This document shows, piece by piece, positions 15,116-25,094 of a DNA stretch of 30,532 bases. Source of the DNA: a virus (Duplodnaviria; Caudoviricetes); IMG/VR virus record IMGVR_UViG_3300020045_005271, positions 1-30,532 of that record. One strand, written 5' to 3'. The notes under the pieces are model-generated. The model was not told where the DNA came from. It searched no databases and saw only the letters and a program-made list of their open reading frames with translations. The number at the start of each line of letters is the position of its first letter. Within the stretch, counting starts at the first letter, position 1. The translations under genes were made by a program, and so were the position numbers.

Positions 15116-16257
15116 TAGCTACCACCACGATCAGCTTACGCATAAAGTTACTAGCGGCGATAGCGACAGCGCAAAGTCCCATTACAGGGCATTATGTTGG
15201 CATGACCACGGCTGGTATTGTTTCTACCGTGCAAGCCATCCACATTAATACAAACAGCACGACAGCGGTTACGATTGTCCCAAATGCCACGGCTGGCAAT
15301 GTTAATATCCTTAAAAACTTGCAGGTATCAAACGCAGATAGTGCGACAATATCTGTTGTTGTTGAACAATGGGACGGCGTGACCGCTAAAGTGATGGCAA
15401 CGGTTCCGCTGGTTATTAATCAGTATTTGACGATTGATAGTGACGGTAAGATTACTGTTAGTACAACTGGAGGACTCGCTGGTACTGGCACGGTGACGCA
15501 AGTACAAGGCAATGGAACTGTAAACGGGCTAACACTGACGGGAAATATCACAACAAGCGGGAATTTGACACTTGGCGGAAACTTAACAGGCACAGCTCCT
15601 GCATTGACAGCGGGCAATGTTACCAATATTCCAAATCTGACCAATGCGATAACTGGGAATGCAACAGGGTACACGGTCTTAACGCCTAACGGTTTTTCAT
15701 CGGTTAATCTTTCCAACGCACTGACCAATAAAACAGGCACTGGATTAAATGTTTTCGACACCAATTGCACACTAAATACGCCTAATTTAACGACTCCAAG
15801 CGCGGTTAATTTAACCAATGGTCTAAGCTTGCCAATCCCGACCGGACTAAGCGACACTGCTTGGGTAAGCTGGACACCAACATTCACTAATTTTACGTTG
15901 GGTAATGGTACGGTTGATGCAAAATATAAGGTTATCGGTAAGACTGTATTTTTTAGAATGCAGCTTACATTAGGGACAACCTCTTCAATGGGTACAGCTC
16001 CATACTTTACAAATCCTGTAACTAGCATCGATTATGCAGACACACTTTATCAAATATCCTTTGGAATTATTAATAACTCTGGAGTAGCCAGCTATCAAGC
16101 TTTGATAAGATTTAGGAGTACATCGACTATAAGCATAGCTTACCTAGGAGCAACAGGAGCAACAGTATCAACAGCAGCAGGCATTACTTCAACAGCCCCT
16201 CACACATGGAAAGCAAATGACAAAATAAGCTTCCAGGGGTTTTACGAGATACCATAA
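15112..16257 (+). CDS. Tail fibre / receptor-binding-like protein
   Basis: Thr/Gly/Asn-rich shaft and a C-terminal head starting WVSWTPT...YKVIGKTVFF. Confidence 0.75.
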   Translation: MIATTTISLRIKLLAAIATAQSPITGHYVGMTTAGIVSTVQAIHINTNSTTAVTIVPNATAGNVNILKNLQVSNADSATISVVVEQWDGVTAKVMATVPLVINQYLTIDSDGKITVSTTGGLAGTGTVTQVQGNGTVNGLTLTGNITTSGNLTLGGNLTGTAPALTAGNVTNIPNLTNAITGNATGYTVLTPNGFSSVNLSNALTNKTGTGLNVFDTNCTLNTPNLTTPSAVNLTNGLSLPIPTGLSDTAWVSWTPTFTNFTLGNGTVDAKYKVIGKTVFFRMQLTLGTTSSMGTAPYFTNPVTSIDYADTLYQISFGIINNSGVASYQALIRFRSTSTISIAYLGATGATVSTAAGITSTAPHTWKANDKISFQGFYEIP

Positions 16258-16685
16258 TGAATAATGATATTACTAAAAACCAACTTTATGACCTAGGAAT
16301 GGCAGCAATGCACCAAGAGCCAATCGCCTTGGAATTATCCCATTTGTTTGCCGATGGATTGTATGGGCGGATTATAACCATGCCAGCCGAACCAGATAAA
16401 CCAACGCTAGTAATGACAGCAGTACACAAGCACGAAAACATCACAGCGGTGGTTAGTGGCGTATGCGAGATAGTCAAGCCGGACGGCACGCGCGAAACAA
16501 TTACAGCACCTGAGTTTTTTGTCACGCCTGCACACACTCAAAGAGCTGTTTTAGTGCTAGAGACATCAACATGGATAACAGTACACGCTTGCAACGAAAA
16601 GACAATCGAAGGTGCAGAAGCGCATATTGCTGAAATGCCAGATTTTTATAATGATTTTGTAGCACAACAGGAGCTATTAAAATGA
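16257..16685 (+). CDS. Cupin-fold protein
   Basis: HLFADGLYGRIITMPA...AVHKHENITAVVSG...APEFFVTPA...WITVH. Confidence 0.75.
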   Translation: MNNDITKNQLYDLGMAAMHQEPIALELSHLFADGLYGRIITMPAEPDKPTLVMTAVHKHENITAVVSGVCEIVKPDGTRETITAPEFFVTPAHTQRAVLVLETSTWITVHACNEKTIEGAEAHIAEMPDFYNDFVAQQELLK

Positions 16686-17851
16686 CAGTAGCAATAACGG
16701 CGGTAGGTGTTACGGTTGCGTCAACGGCGGCAACTGTTGGAAGCCAGATGTATGCAGCCAACAAGCAAAGCAAAGCAGCAGGTAAAGCCCAAAACTCGCA
16801 AGACCAAAACCTAGACCAACAGCAAAATTACGCTAAAGAAGCGCGGGACGCTAATATCCCTTTGCTGGATAACGCGGCACGGCAAGCAATGGGCTATGTT
16901 TCGCCTTACGCGCAAAGCGGTGAATTGGCTAACACTGCGTTACAACAAGGCATGGGGCTAATACCTGACTCTAACGGCAATCTATCCAATCCACTGACTG
17001 AAAACTTTAACGCACAGGATTATCAAAACAGCGTTGGTTATACACCATTAACACCAAACACATTAAGCCGTGATCAGTACAGCCAAATGAACGGCGTACC
17101 GGCTTTAGTTGATAATACTTTGACGGCAGAGCAGTACAAGCAAGACCCCGGTTACACGCCGATGGTCAATAGTTTGGCTGAATTGCAAGCAACACCAGGC
17201 TACCAATTTCAGCTTGAGCAAGGGCTACAAGGTATCGACCGCACAGCGGCGGCGCGCGGCGGTATGTTGTCGGGCAGAACACTAAAAGAGGCTAATAATT
17301 ATGCGCAAGGGCAAGCGAGTACAGGCTTTCAAAGCGCGTGGGACAGAAGCCAGCAAGCTTATCAAAACGCATTTAATCGCAAGCAAACCCAGTTTTCACA
17401 AGGACAACAAGGCTTAGCGGCTGAACGCGCCTACACCGGCGACGTTTATAACCAAGGTCAGACAGCTTTAGGTAATGAGTATAATCGTTTTACCAATAAC
17501 CAAAATAACGCTTACAGTAAACTAGCGGGTGTTGCTGGCACAGGAGCAAATGCAGCTCAAAACATGGGCAATATTGCGCAACAAAACGCCCAAAACATTG
17601 CCCAACAGAACACCCAATACGCACAAAGTGGCAGCGGCTCAAGCCAAAATTATGCGGATAACACGGGTAATATTGCCTATGGTCAAGGTCAAAATCAGGC
17701 GAACATGGCAATCGGTATCGGCAACCAAATCGGCAGCAGTTTAACTGATTTAGCTGGCAAGTATGCAGCCGGTGGTAACACGAGGCTTAATGGTGGCGGT
17801 ACGTTAGCCAATGGCGTTTCTAAATTCAAAACAGGTGCGGGAGTAGCATAA
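16682..17851 (+). CDS. Ejection (DNA transfer/pilot) protein, gp7-like
   Basis: Hydrophobic Ala/Gly N-terminus, SPYAQSG, TPGYQFQLEQG...AAARGGMLSGRTLK; Gln/Asn/Ala-rich. Confidence 0.85.
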   Translation: MTVAITAVGVTVASTAATVGSQMYAANKQSKAAGKAQNSQDQNLDQQQNYAKEARDANIPLLDNAARQAMGYVSPYAQSGELANTALQQGMGLIPDSNGNLSNPLTENFNAQDYQNSVGYTPLTPNTLSRDQYSQMNGVPALVDNTLTAEQYKQDPGYTPMVNSLAELQATPGYQFQLEQGLQGIDRTAAARGGMLSGRTLKEANNYAQGQASTGFQSAWDRSQQAYQNAFNRKQTQFSQGQQGLAAERAYTGDVYNQGQTALGNEYNRFTNNQNNAYSKLAGVAGTGANAAQNMGNIAQQNAQNIAQQNTQYAQSGSGSSQNYADNTGNIAYGQGQNQANMAIGIGNQIGSSLTDLAGKYAAGGNTRLNGGGTLANGVSKFKTGAGVA

Positions 17852-17852
17852 A

Positions 17853-19058
17853 ATGGCTTTAAATGTACCGATGCAAGCAGTTCAACAACCTATTGTTCAG
17901 TCATTGAGTGACGCGGTAGCTAAGTGGACAGACATCAATAACGCACAGCAACAAGGTCAACTGGCTAAGCAGCAAGAATCGAGATTGCAAAGCCAAAACG
18001 CACGGGAAAATAAACTCGGTGATTTGCAGTTTGGACAACACCAGCGCAAGGCACACAATGAAGTGATGACTGAATTTAAAACTGTATTGCAAAAGAAAGC
18101 GCAAGCGGCGGGGATTCAGCCCAATACGCCAGAATATCAGCAATTAGCGAACGCCACTTATGCCACTGGCTTTGATAAAATCATGCAGAACACCGGCGCA
18201 CCTCCTTATAAAATAGGAACTAATATTGATTTATCTGCGGTTGATGCTTTGATCACGCCAGCGGAAGCCCACGCTCAGGAAATGGAAACCGAAACGGCAA
18301 AGCAGAATGCCATGTTACAGCGTCAAATGCAGCTAGGGCAGTTTAATAATGAGCACAAGGACCGAGCAGACCAGCGGAATTATGAGCAGTCTGTGGGGTT
18401 GGAAGACAGGCGATATGGTCATGATTTGGAAAAGGCGCAGCTTGAAAACAAGTGGAATCTCGATACTAAAATGGAAACTGAGCAAGCCAAGCAGCAAGCG
18501 GCACAAGAAAAGCCATTGCCAGCAACTATTGTAAAAGAACAACAAAAACTACGCGATCAAATCGATACAGCATCGCAAATGAATAAAATGCTATCTACTT
18601 TTGAAAAACAACTGGATGATGGAAAGTTGAATTTGTCGCTAACTGGTAACCTAGCAAATAAAGCGCGTAATTATTTAGGGGCATCTACTGACGAAAGTAC
18701 GGCTTTAGCTAGTTTTCAATCCGGCATGGAAAAAATGCGTAATGATTCTCTGCGCTTAAATAGTGGCGTGCAAACCGAGGGCGACGCAACACGCGCGTGG
18801 AATGAGTTATTCGCAAATATCAATGATGAAAAAGTTGTTAAACAGCGGCTCGCTGAAATTAGAGGTTATAACGAATCGGCAATTAATTTTAAGAAAGCCG
18901 ATATTAACGCCATGCGGTCAGAATATGGCAAGGGCGAGTTTGATGATTCTTCTTATACAAAACAAACAACGGTAACGCCACAAGAAATACCACTAAAACC
19001 ACCTCATGCCACTCAAGAAGAATGGGATACTTTTTTAATCAAAAAAGGGCTTAAGTAA
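17853..19058 (+). CDS. Ejection protein, gp20 position
   Basis: Gln-rich helical protein between the gp7-like and gp16-like genes; SLRLNSGVQTEGDA motif. Confidence 0.7.
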   Translation: MALNVPMQAVQQPIVQSLSDAVAKWTDINNAQQQGQLAKQQESRLQSQNARENKLGDLQFGQHQRKAHNEVMTEFKTVLQKKAQAAGIQPNTPEYQQLANATYATGFDKIMQNTGAPPYKIGTNIDLSAVDALITPAEAHAQEMETETAKQNAMLQRQMQLGQFNNEHKDRADQRNYEQSVGLEDRRYGHDLEKAQLENKWNLDTKMETEQAKQQAAQEKPLPATIVKEQQKLRDQIDTASQMNKMLSTFEKQLDDGKLNLSLTGNLANKARNYLGASTDESTALASFQSGMEKMRNDSLRLNSGVQTEGDATRAWNELFANINDEKVVKQRLAEIRGYNESAINFKKADINAMRSEYGKGEFDDSSYTKQTTVTPQEIPLKPPHATQEEWDTFLIKKGLK

Positions 19059-21523
19059 TGGTCAGTTTAGCGGATGTTTTAGACGCAGTTGAACACCAAG
19101 AGAGCGGCGGCAATCGTAACGCTGTTAGCTCAGTTGGAGCGCGGGGTAATTTCCAGTTTATACCCGCGACTTGGAAGCAATATGGGCGAGGTAAAAGTAT
19201 TACCGATCCCGTAGCTAGCAGAGATGCAGCAGCGCGGTATTTGACCGACTTGTATAAAAAGCATGGCTCTTTACCGCTGGCATTAGCAGCATATAATGGT
19301 GGCGATGGTGGGGCGCAGTTTTTAGCTAAAAACCCTCACTTAATGCACAATCCAGTGCCAAGAATCAAGGGAAATGCAAAACATAATAGCTCCTACAAAG
19401 TTGAAACGGCGGATTATGTAAATAAAATTATGAGCAGATTACCTAATGATGGTATAGGGGGCGGACAGTCAAGCGGTGCAGGTGGGCAAGGACAAGTAAC
19501 GCCATCGTCAGACTTATATAAAGAGTTCGATAATTGGAAGGCTGAAAATAGCAATAAGTCACAACAAACACCGCAACCAGACCTATATAAGGAATTTGAT
19601 GAATGGAAGGCTAGCGAGCAGCCTCAACAAAAACAACCACAATCACTATTAGAAGCGACAGGAACAGGCGTTACTAATTTGCCATCGTCAACATGGAATA
19701 TGGTTAAGGGATTGGGCAATGCTATCGTTCACCCGATCGATACGGCGGGCGCGGCTCTTGATGTGGGCGCGGGTGCAATTAGTAATATGTTGCCAGAGTT
19801 TTTGCAACAGGAAGGAGATAAAAAAGGGCGTGAAATGGCGAGCCAACTCGCAGACGTTTACAAGCAGAGATACGGCACGATGGACGGATTCAAGGAAGTG
19901 TTAGCCAACGACCCCGCATCTATTATGATGGATGCTTCTATGCTTGCTGGCGGCATTGGAGCAGGCGCAAAGGCGGCTAATTTGCCGAGAACTGCAAGCC
20001 TAGCAAATAAAGTGGCAGTCAATATCAATCCTTTAGTTTTGCCAGTAAAAACCGCTCAGCTAGCAGGTAAAACTGTGCAGGGCATAGGCAGTAATATGGT
20101 AGCACCTATTTTAGGCAAGACCACAGGCGCGGGTACGGAATCAATCAGACGTGCGGCGGCGGCAGGCGCAGAGGGTGGTGACGCTGAACAGGCGTTAATT
20201 AGCACCATGCGCGGTAAGCAAGGCGCGGAGGAAACATTACAAGGCGCAAAAAACGCCCACAGCAATATGTACGGCGAAAACTCAGCACAATATAAAGCCG
20301 ACTTAGCCCCTTTTTTTGCGGATAAAACTGTATTGGATTTTAAACCGATACGCGCGGCAATGGATGATATTGACAACGCTGGACAGTATAAAGGTGTAAA
20401 CATTAACACTAAGACCAGCGGTATTAAGGGCGAGATTAAGCAAGTCATTGATGAATGGGAAGCATTACCGCCTGACCAGTACCACACTATTGAAGGGCTA
20501 GACAGTCTTAAAAAATCACTAGGCGAAGTGCGAGACGCTACCGAACCGCGCACACCGCAGCGTATTATTGCTGATAAAGCTTACAACGCAGTCAAGACGC
20601 AGATAGAAAAACAAGCCCCAGCCTATGGTGATGCTATGAAGCGGTATGGCGCGGCAGCGGCACTGAATAAAGAAATCAGCAAGGCGTTATCGCTAGGTGA
20701 CAAAGCGGCAGCCGATACGGCGATTAGAAAGCTACAATCTGTCATGCGTAATGATGCTAATACGAATTATGGGCATCGAATTTCATTAGTTGATAAACTG
20801 ACCGAAAACGGCGCGCCTAATTTAATGGAGGAATTAGCGGGAATGTCGCTCAACGCACCTATGCCACGCGGTATTGCTGGAGGTGTTTTACCGGCATCCT
20901 TAACAGGAGCGTCATTGCTTGGAGGTGCGGGGGTTCCGACAGCTATCGGTGCGGTATTGACTGGCAGTCCGCGCGTAGTTGGTGAATTGGCTTTGAAAGC
21001 TGGACAGGCTAAGCGAGTATTGACCGCGCCACAGAGAGCCGTTAGCAAGCTATTCAAGGGCAAGCAACCGCCCCCAGCAATAACACCAGATGAACCTATA
21101 AAACCAAAACCAGCAAGCTTAGCAGATGCTTTGCAATTAACGAGCAATACTGGGAGTGGTACAGTAATTAAACTGTCCGACGGCTCAACAATTACACGCG
21201 CCGACCGTGTTAAACAATTGACCGAAGATAAGGGCATGAGCAAAGCGGACGCAATAGCTAAGGCTGATTTTGAAGCGGCAAACCCAGCTAAACAGCCACG
21301 CGATAATGTTAGTATTATCGACCCACTAGGTAAAAAAGGCGTGTCTAATCGACTAGGTAGAGATGGAGAAGTTAAGCCAACTTTTACGGCGGAACAACTG
21401 AACAGCAAAGAGTTTGCTACACCAAAAGAAGCGCGTGATTTTATCACTGACAATCAGATAGCACATACCCATGACTATGTTAGAAAGCATAGTTTTTATG
21501 TTTTAAAAGAAAAAAGGAATTAA
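19058..21523 (+). CDS. Ejection protein (gp16 position) with N-terminal soluble lytic transglycosylase domain
   Basis: SLT motifs QESGG, GARGNFQFIPATW, AARYL and ALAAYNGG; the remainder is Ala/Gly-rich and helical. Confidence 0.9.
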   Translation: MVSLADVLDAVEHQESGGNRNAVSSVGARGNFQFIPATWKQYGRGKSITDPVASRDAAARYLTDLYKKHGSLPLALAAYNGGDGGAQFLAKNPHLMHNPVPRIKGNAKHNSSYKVETADYVNKIMSRLPNDGIGGGQSSGAGGQGQVTPSSDLYKEFDNWKAENSNKSQQTPQPDLYKEFDEWKASEQPQQKQPQSLLEATGTGVTNLPSSTWNMVKGLGNAIVHPIDTAGAALDVGAGAISNMLPEFLQQEGDKKGREMASQLADVYKQRYGTMDGFKEVLANDPASIMMDASMLAGGIGAGAKAANLPRTASLANKVAVNINPLVLPVKTAQLAGKTVQGIGSNMVAPILGKTTGAGTESIRRAAAAGAEGGDAEQALISTMRGKQGAEETLQGAKNAHSNMYGENSAQYKADLAPFFADKTVLDFKPIRAAMDDIDNAGQYKGVNINTKTSGIKGEIKQVIDEWEALPPDQYHTIEGLDSLKKSLGEVRDATEPRTPQRIIADKAYNAVKTQIEKQAPAYGDAMKRYGAAAALNKEISKALSLGDKAAADTAIRKLQSVMRNDANTNYGHRISLVDKLTENGAPNLMEELAGMSLNAPMPRGIAGGVLPASLTGASLLGGAGVPTAIGAVLTGSPRVVGELALKAGQAKRVLTAPQRAVSKLFKGKQPPPAITPDEPIKPKPASLADALQLTSNTGSGTVIKLSDGSTITRADRVKQLTEDKGMSKADAIAKADFEAANPAKQPRDNVSIIDPLGKKGVSNRLGRDGEVKPTFTAEQLNSKEFATPKEARDFITDNQIAHTHDYVRKHSFYVLKEKRN

Positions 21524-21526
21524 ATA

Positions 21527-22963
21527 ATGGCTATAACTACTTTCCTCAGCCCGTGGTTCAACGAATACAACGACCTAAACGACCTCCCAAACAGCGGCGG
21601 CTCAGTCACAATCTACCTAACCGGTACAACTACACCAGCATCGGTTTACGCAGACCACACGGGCAATGTTGCTAACACAAACCCCGTTGTTTTTAACTCG
21701 CAGGGTTACCCGATAGCCCCGATTTGGCTCGATGTAACGAACGACTATGACGCGATTGTAAAAGATGCTCTCGGTAATGTAGTCTATGAGCTGGATTTTA
21801 TTGGCTTGCCGCCACTTGTACCGGCAAGTACAACCGGTGCTGATGGCGCGACAATTATCTGGGTAGATACGCTATCAGCGGCTACAAAGACAAGTGCGAC
21901 TACTTTTACCATCGATGGGGTTTGGGACGTTATTTTTAGTCAAGGCAGACGCTTAAAAATAACTAGCGAGGCGATTAAATATTGCACGATTAAAACCGCG
22001 ACTTACAACAGCGGTACGAACTTAACCACTGTCGAGGTTGTCGTTGATGGCGGCGGGTCGGTCCCATCGATAACTTCTGTATTTTATTCGGCACTTGATA
22101 GCATCCATTTAGCCGTGCCATATATTAGTTACACAGCGGCTAATAACGGCACAGAAGATGCTTTGGTTGTTGACTTGAGTCCGGCGGTTTATGCGTTGAC
22201 TGACAAGCTGATGTTGACTGTTGATATGGGTGCGCTAACGAACTTAACGACTACGCCCAACATCGTTGTCAATGGCTTGTCAGTAACTAATATTGTGTCT
22301 AATAGTGGCGGCGCGGTTGCCATCGGTTCATTGCCGCGTTATACCGATTTAGTTTATGATGTTGCTACCAATGTTTTTACGCTAAAAAATCCTAGCACAT
22401 CGAGCAATGACGCTAAGTGGGCGGCGTTTCCCGTTGGCTATTATCAGGCATTTATACCGGAATTGATGGGTACTACATTGGCTTTGTGGCTTGCAGCACA
22501 TGCGGAATGGATAAAGCTAACTGATGCTCAGGTTGCGGATATTGAAGGAAGGGTAATAGCTGTATCAAGTGCCGCGCATTTGGGCAATACTCGAGCCGGT
22601 GCGGATGATTCTATAGTTCCGGCGCATGGTCATACCGGCACAGTAGCGGCACACGCGCATCCGGGGAGCTCAACAGCGGCACACAGTCATACCATTACCG
22701 ACCCCGGTCATACTCATTCTCTCACTAATGGCGCGGTTGCTGATCCTTCTAACTCATTTTCAGGCACGGCAGCGGTAGGCGTTTGGCTTGGTACAGCGGC
22801 AACAGCAAGTGCAACAACAGGGATTACAGTAAACAGTGCTAGTGCAGCGATTACTATCGCCAGTGACACTCCAGCGGTGACGGTAGCTAGTGCGGGCGTA
22901 TCGTCGGCAAATGGAAATATTCAGCGCACTGCTTATTATGATTATATAGCTAAAGTCGCTTAA
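21527..22963 (+). CDS. Tail fibre with head-binding-like N-terminus and HxH metal-binding tip
   Basis: GGSVTIYLTGTTTPASVYAD...NTNPVVFNSQG N-terminus; FPVG collar-like segment; HGH, HAH, HSH and HTH motifs near the C-terminus. Confidence 0.85.
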   Translation: MAITTFLSPWFNEYNDLNDLPNSGGSVTIYLTGTTTPASVYADHTGNVANTNPVVFNSQGYPIAPIWLDVTNDYDAIVKDALGNVVYELDFIGLPPLVPASTTGADGATIIWVDTLSAATKTSATTFTIDGVWDVIFSQGRRLKITSEAIKYCTIKTATYNSGTNLTTVEVVVDGGGSVPSITSVFYSALDSIHLAVPYISYTAANNGTEDALVVDLSPAVYALTDKLMLTVDMGALTNLTTTPNIVVNGLSVTNIVSNSGGAVAIGSLPRYTDLVYDVATNVFTLKNPSTSSNDAKWAAFPVGYYQAFIPELMGTTLALWLAAHAEWIKLTDAQVADIEGRVIAVSSAAHLGNTRAGADDSIVPAHGHTGTVAAHAHPGSSTAAHSHTITDPGHTHSLTNGAVADPSNSFSGTAAVGVWLGTAATASATTGITVNSASAAITIASDTPAVTVASAGVSSANGNIQRTAYYDYIAKVA

Positions 22964-22974
22964 TTTTTGGCAAT

Positions 22975-23001
22975 AAAAAACCGCTATCACTAGCGGTTTT
23001 T
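22975..23001. terminator. Bidirectional intrinsic terminator
   Basis: AAAAAACCGCTA-TCAC-TAGCGGTTTTT between convergent operons. Confidence 0.9.
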
Positions 23002-23020
23002 GTTTATCTAATTTTCATTT

Positions 23021-23371
23021 TTAACCTGTTGGCAGTGGCAGCCATTTTATTAATTTAACAACAAAATCGCCGCTTTTAATTACTCCGCTCTTATAAATAT
23101 AGCACTCAGCGATTTCGCCATTTTCAAGCATACCTATTACCTGTCCTTCTAGTTCGCCATCCATATCCCGCCAAGGCGCAACACCCCAAAATTCAGCGGC
23201 GGTTAGTGGGGTTAATTCGTCGGTGCCAAAATGATTCCTGCGTCTACAGTCATCCATCACCATGCTGTCAAGTAAATTCGATTTGCCCATGATTCTAACA
23301 ATCGAGCCACTTGATTTTTCTTTACACAACACCCCGTTTTCAGGGATATTTTCGTGCCATTCTTTACTCAT
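23021..23371 (-). CDS. Hypothetical protein (DUF551-like C-terminus)
   Basis: PWRDMD...IKWLPLP; GGAG RBS. Confidence 0.7.
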   Translation of the reverse strand: MSKEWHENIPENGVLCKEKSSGSIVRIMGKSNLLDSMVMDDCRRRNHFGTDELTPLTAAEFWGVAPWRDMDGELEGQVIGMLENGEIAECYIYKSGVIKSGDFVVKLIKWLPLPTG

Positions 23372-23771
23372 TTGATGCTCCTAATATTGATTTTGCTTTT
23401 ACATATAGGATATGAGACATTCCCATCTCAAATATCCTTTTAAATTTGTATCTTAGCTTTTTATCCTTCCCGCAAGTTATTAATAAGTCATTTAGTCCAT
23501 ACCTTCTGGCATTCGCCAACATCGCCACAATATCCCTTGCTTCTTTACCGCCTTTTCTGGGCTTGCGAATATATTTTATTTTATCTCCATCCTCCCAATC
23601 AACCGCACTAGAAAAGCCACATTCCTTGCCCGTTTTAAAAGAAAAAAACGATGTATTTCCGTCGCCGAATTCACATTCGGCTACCCTGTCCATTGCGCGT
23701 ACCGATATTACTATACCAATGCCTTTATTTTCTGATACAACCATATCACCTTTTTCAAAAGGTCTACTCAC
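23364..23771 (-). CDS. Hypothetical protein, SH3/KOW-like N-terminus
   Basis: FEKGDMVVSENKGIGIV; GGAGG RBS. Confidence 0.7.
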   Translation of the reverse strand: MSRPFEKGDMVVSENKGIGIVISVRAMDRVAECEFGDGNTSFFSFKTGKECGFSSAVDWEDGDKIKYIRKPRKGGKEARDIVAMLANARRYGLNDLLITCGKDKKLRYKFKRIFEMGMSHILYVKAKSILGASNE

Positions 23772-24099
23772 AATCCACCTCCTCGCCTAGCTTGCTTTTA
23801 ACAAAACAGCGGATTATTGCTTGTTTTGCGGTTGTCCCACTAACAGCATTAACTTTTCCGCAAAACGCTTGCCAGCACTGGAATTTATCGCTAAATCTAA
23901 CGCTTATTTTCTCACACTCCTGAATCGCCATACACTGCACTGCGTTGGCTGTAGGGTGGTAATTATCACAAAATATTTGCGTACCATTAGCCTTTATATA
24001 ATATGGGTTTGCGTAATTACTTATTCTTTTCCACTTCTGCGCAATCGCACAAAAATGGTCGAGTTGTTCGTCGGTTAGGTCTTCGATCTTAGTTTTCAC
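23764..24099 (-). CDS. NinX / DUF2591 family protein
   Basis: EDLTDEQLDHFCAIA, YHPTANAVQCMAI, AIIRCFVKSKLGEEV. GTG 24099 overlaps the upstream TGA. Confidence 0.85.
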   Translation of the reverse strand: MKTKIEDLTDEQLDHFCAIAQKWKRISNYANPYYIKANGTQIFCDNYHPTANAVQCMAIQECEKISVRFSDKFQCWQAFCGKVNAVSGTTAKQAIIRCFVKSKLGEEVDCE

Positions 24100-25094
24100 A
24101 ACGCCACCTGCGCATTCATGGCTTGCAGGGCGGATAGGTGTTGTTTTGCCGATTCTTCGGTTAGATGGATTAAACCATTTTTTAGCCACATATTTGAAAA
24201 CTCCACGTCATTCCATGTGCATTTTGAAATCCCTCCTTTATGTGTATTTATAACAAAATACTCCTGCCCAATCTTCAAAGCCTCCCGCACTGGCTCAGGA
24301 TATTCCATGCGCGTACCTTCTTGCAGGGTGATAAAGCAAACGCGTGGGCGTAGGCGGTATTCAACGTCATCGACCCATGCTGGTATACCAAAAATATTAC
24401 ACCGCTCGCCATCCTTGTCTTTTAGCTGCCAACGCTTTTTATCCACCTCGCTGCACGCATGAAATTTTATGATGTTTTCGCGGTGTGGGTGTTGGCGGTA
24501 TTTGTTAAATTCATAAAGAGTATCGGAATCAAATGGAACTCCATGCCAGTTATCTTCATTTAAGTTTGACCACTGAGTAAGCTCATGCCAAAACTCAGGA
24601 TAATCGATTTTATCCTGTTCGCATTGCATAATTAGGTCGGCGTGTTGGAGTCGGCGGTATTTTCGACCGTCGTTTTTTACCTCGCCAACTCTAATCCATC
24701 TACCTGTGTCATCATACAAAGTGGTCATTTCCCACCCGTAAGTCCACGTCAACGGATAAGCCTTTTTATCGGCTTCGGCTTGTGCGATCTGGTCTTGAAG
24801 TGAATCAGCATCAACAGGTTTTTGAATTGATTGCAGTGCATCTAAAACCGATTTTCGCGCCACTGGCATTATATGGTCACCAACAGCGGCACAAACACGC
24901 CCATAGTCGTCCACCAATTTCATTATTTCATTTACTGCAATTGGTGGGCTGGCTTCAACGGCTTTTGTTGGAATATAAACCTCAACGCAAACCCCGTTTA
25001 ACCATTTTGTTTGATTAACTATCGCACATTTATCGACAAACTCTTGTCCATTTGGCGCGGTTATTTCCAGCACTGCTTTTGTTTTATCACTCAT
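24096..25094 (-). CDS. Modular hypothetical phage protein with internal repeats
   Basis: Three related units ending KYRR, KYRQ and EYRL, then PEPVREAL...GLIHLTEESA. Confidence 0.8.
   Translation of the reverse strand: MSDKTKAVLEITAPNGQEFVDKCAIVNQTKWLNGVCVEVYIPTKAVEASPPIAVNEIMKLVDDYGRVCAAVGDHIMPVARKSVLDALQSIQKPVDADSLQDQIAQAEADKKAYPLTWTYGWEMTTLYDDTGRWIRVGEVKNDGRKYRRLQHADLIMQCEQDKIDYPEFWHELTQWSNLNEDNWHGVPFDSDTLYEFNKYRQHPHRENIIKFHACSEVDKKRWQLKDKDGERCNIFGIPAWVDDVEYRLRPRVCFITLQEGTRMEYPEPVREALKIGQEYFVINTHKGGISKCTWNDVEFSNMWLKNGLIHLTEESAKQHLSALQAMNAQVAL

Noticed and set aside
15420-21453. Long antisense ORFs (15420-16028, 20056-20553, 20767-21453 and similar)
   Set aside because: They are shadows of well-supported plus-strand structural genes, with no recognisable motifs.
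15112-22963. Diversity-generating retroelement or invertible tail-fibre cassette
   Set aside because: No reverse transcriptase, template/variable repeat pair, invertase or duplicated fibre tip seen.
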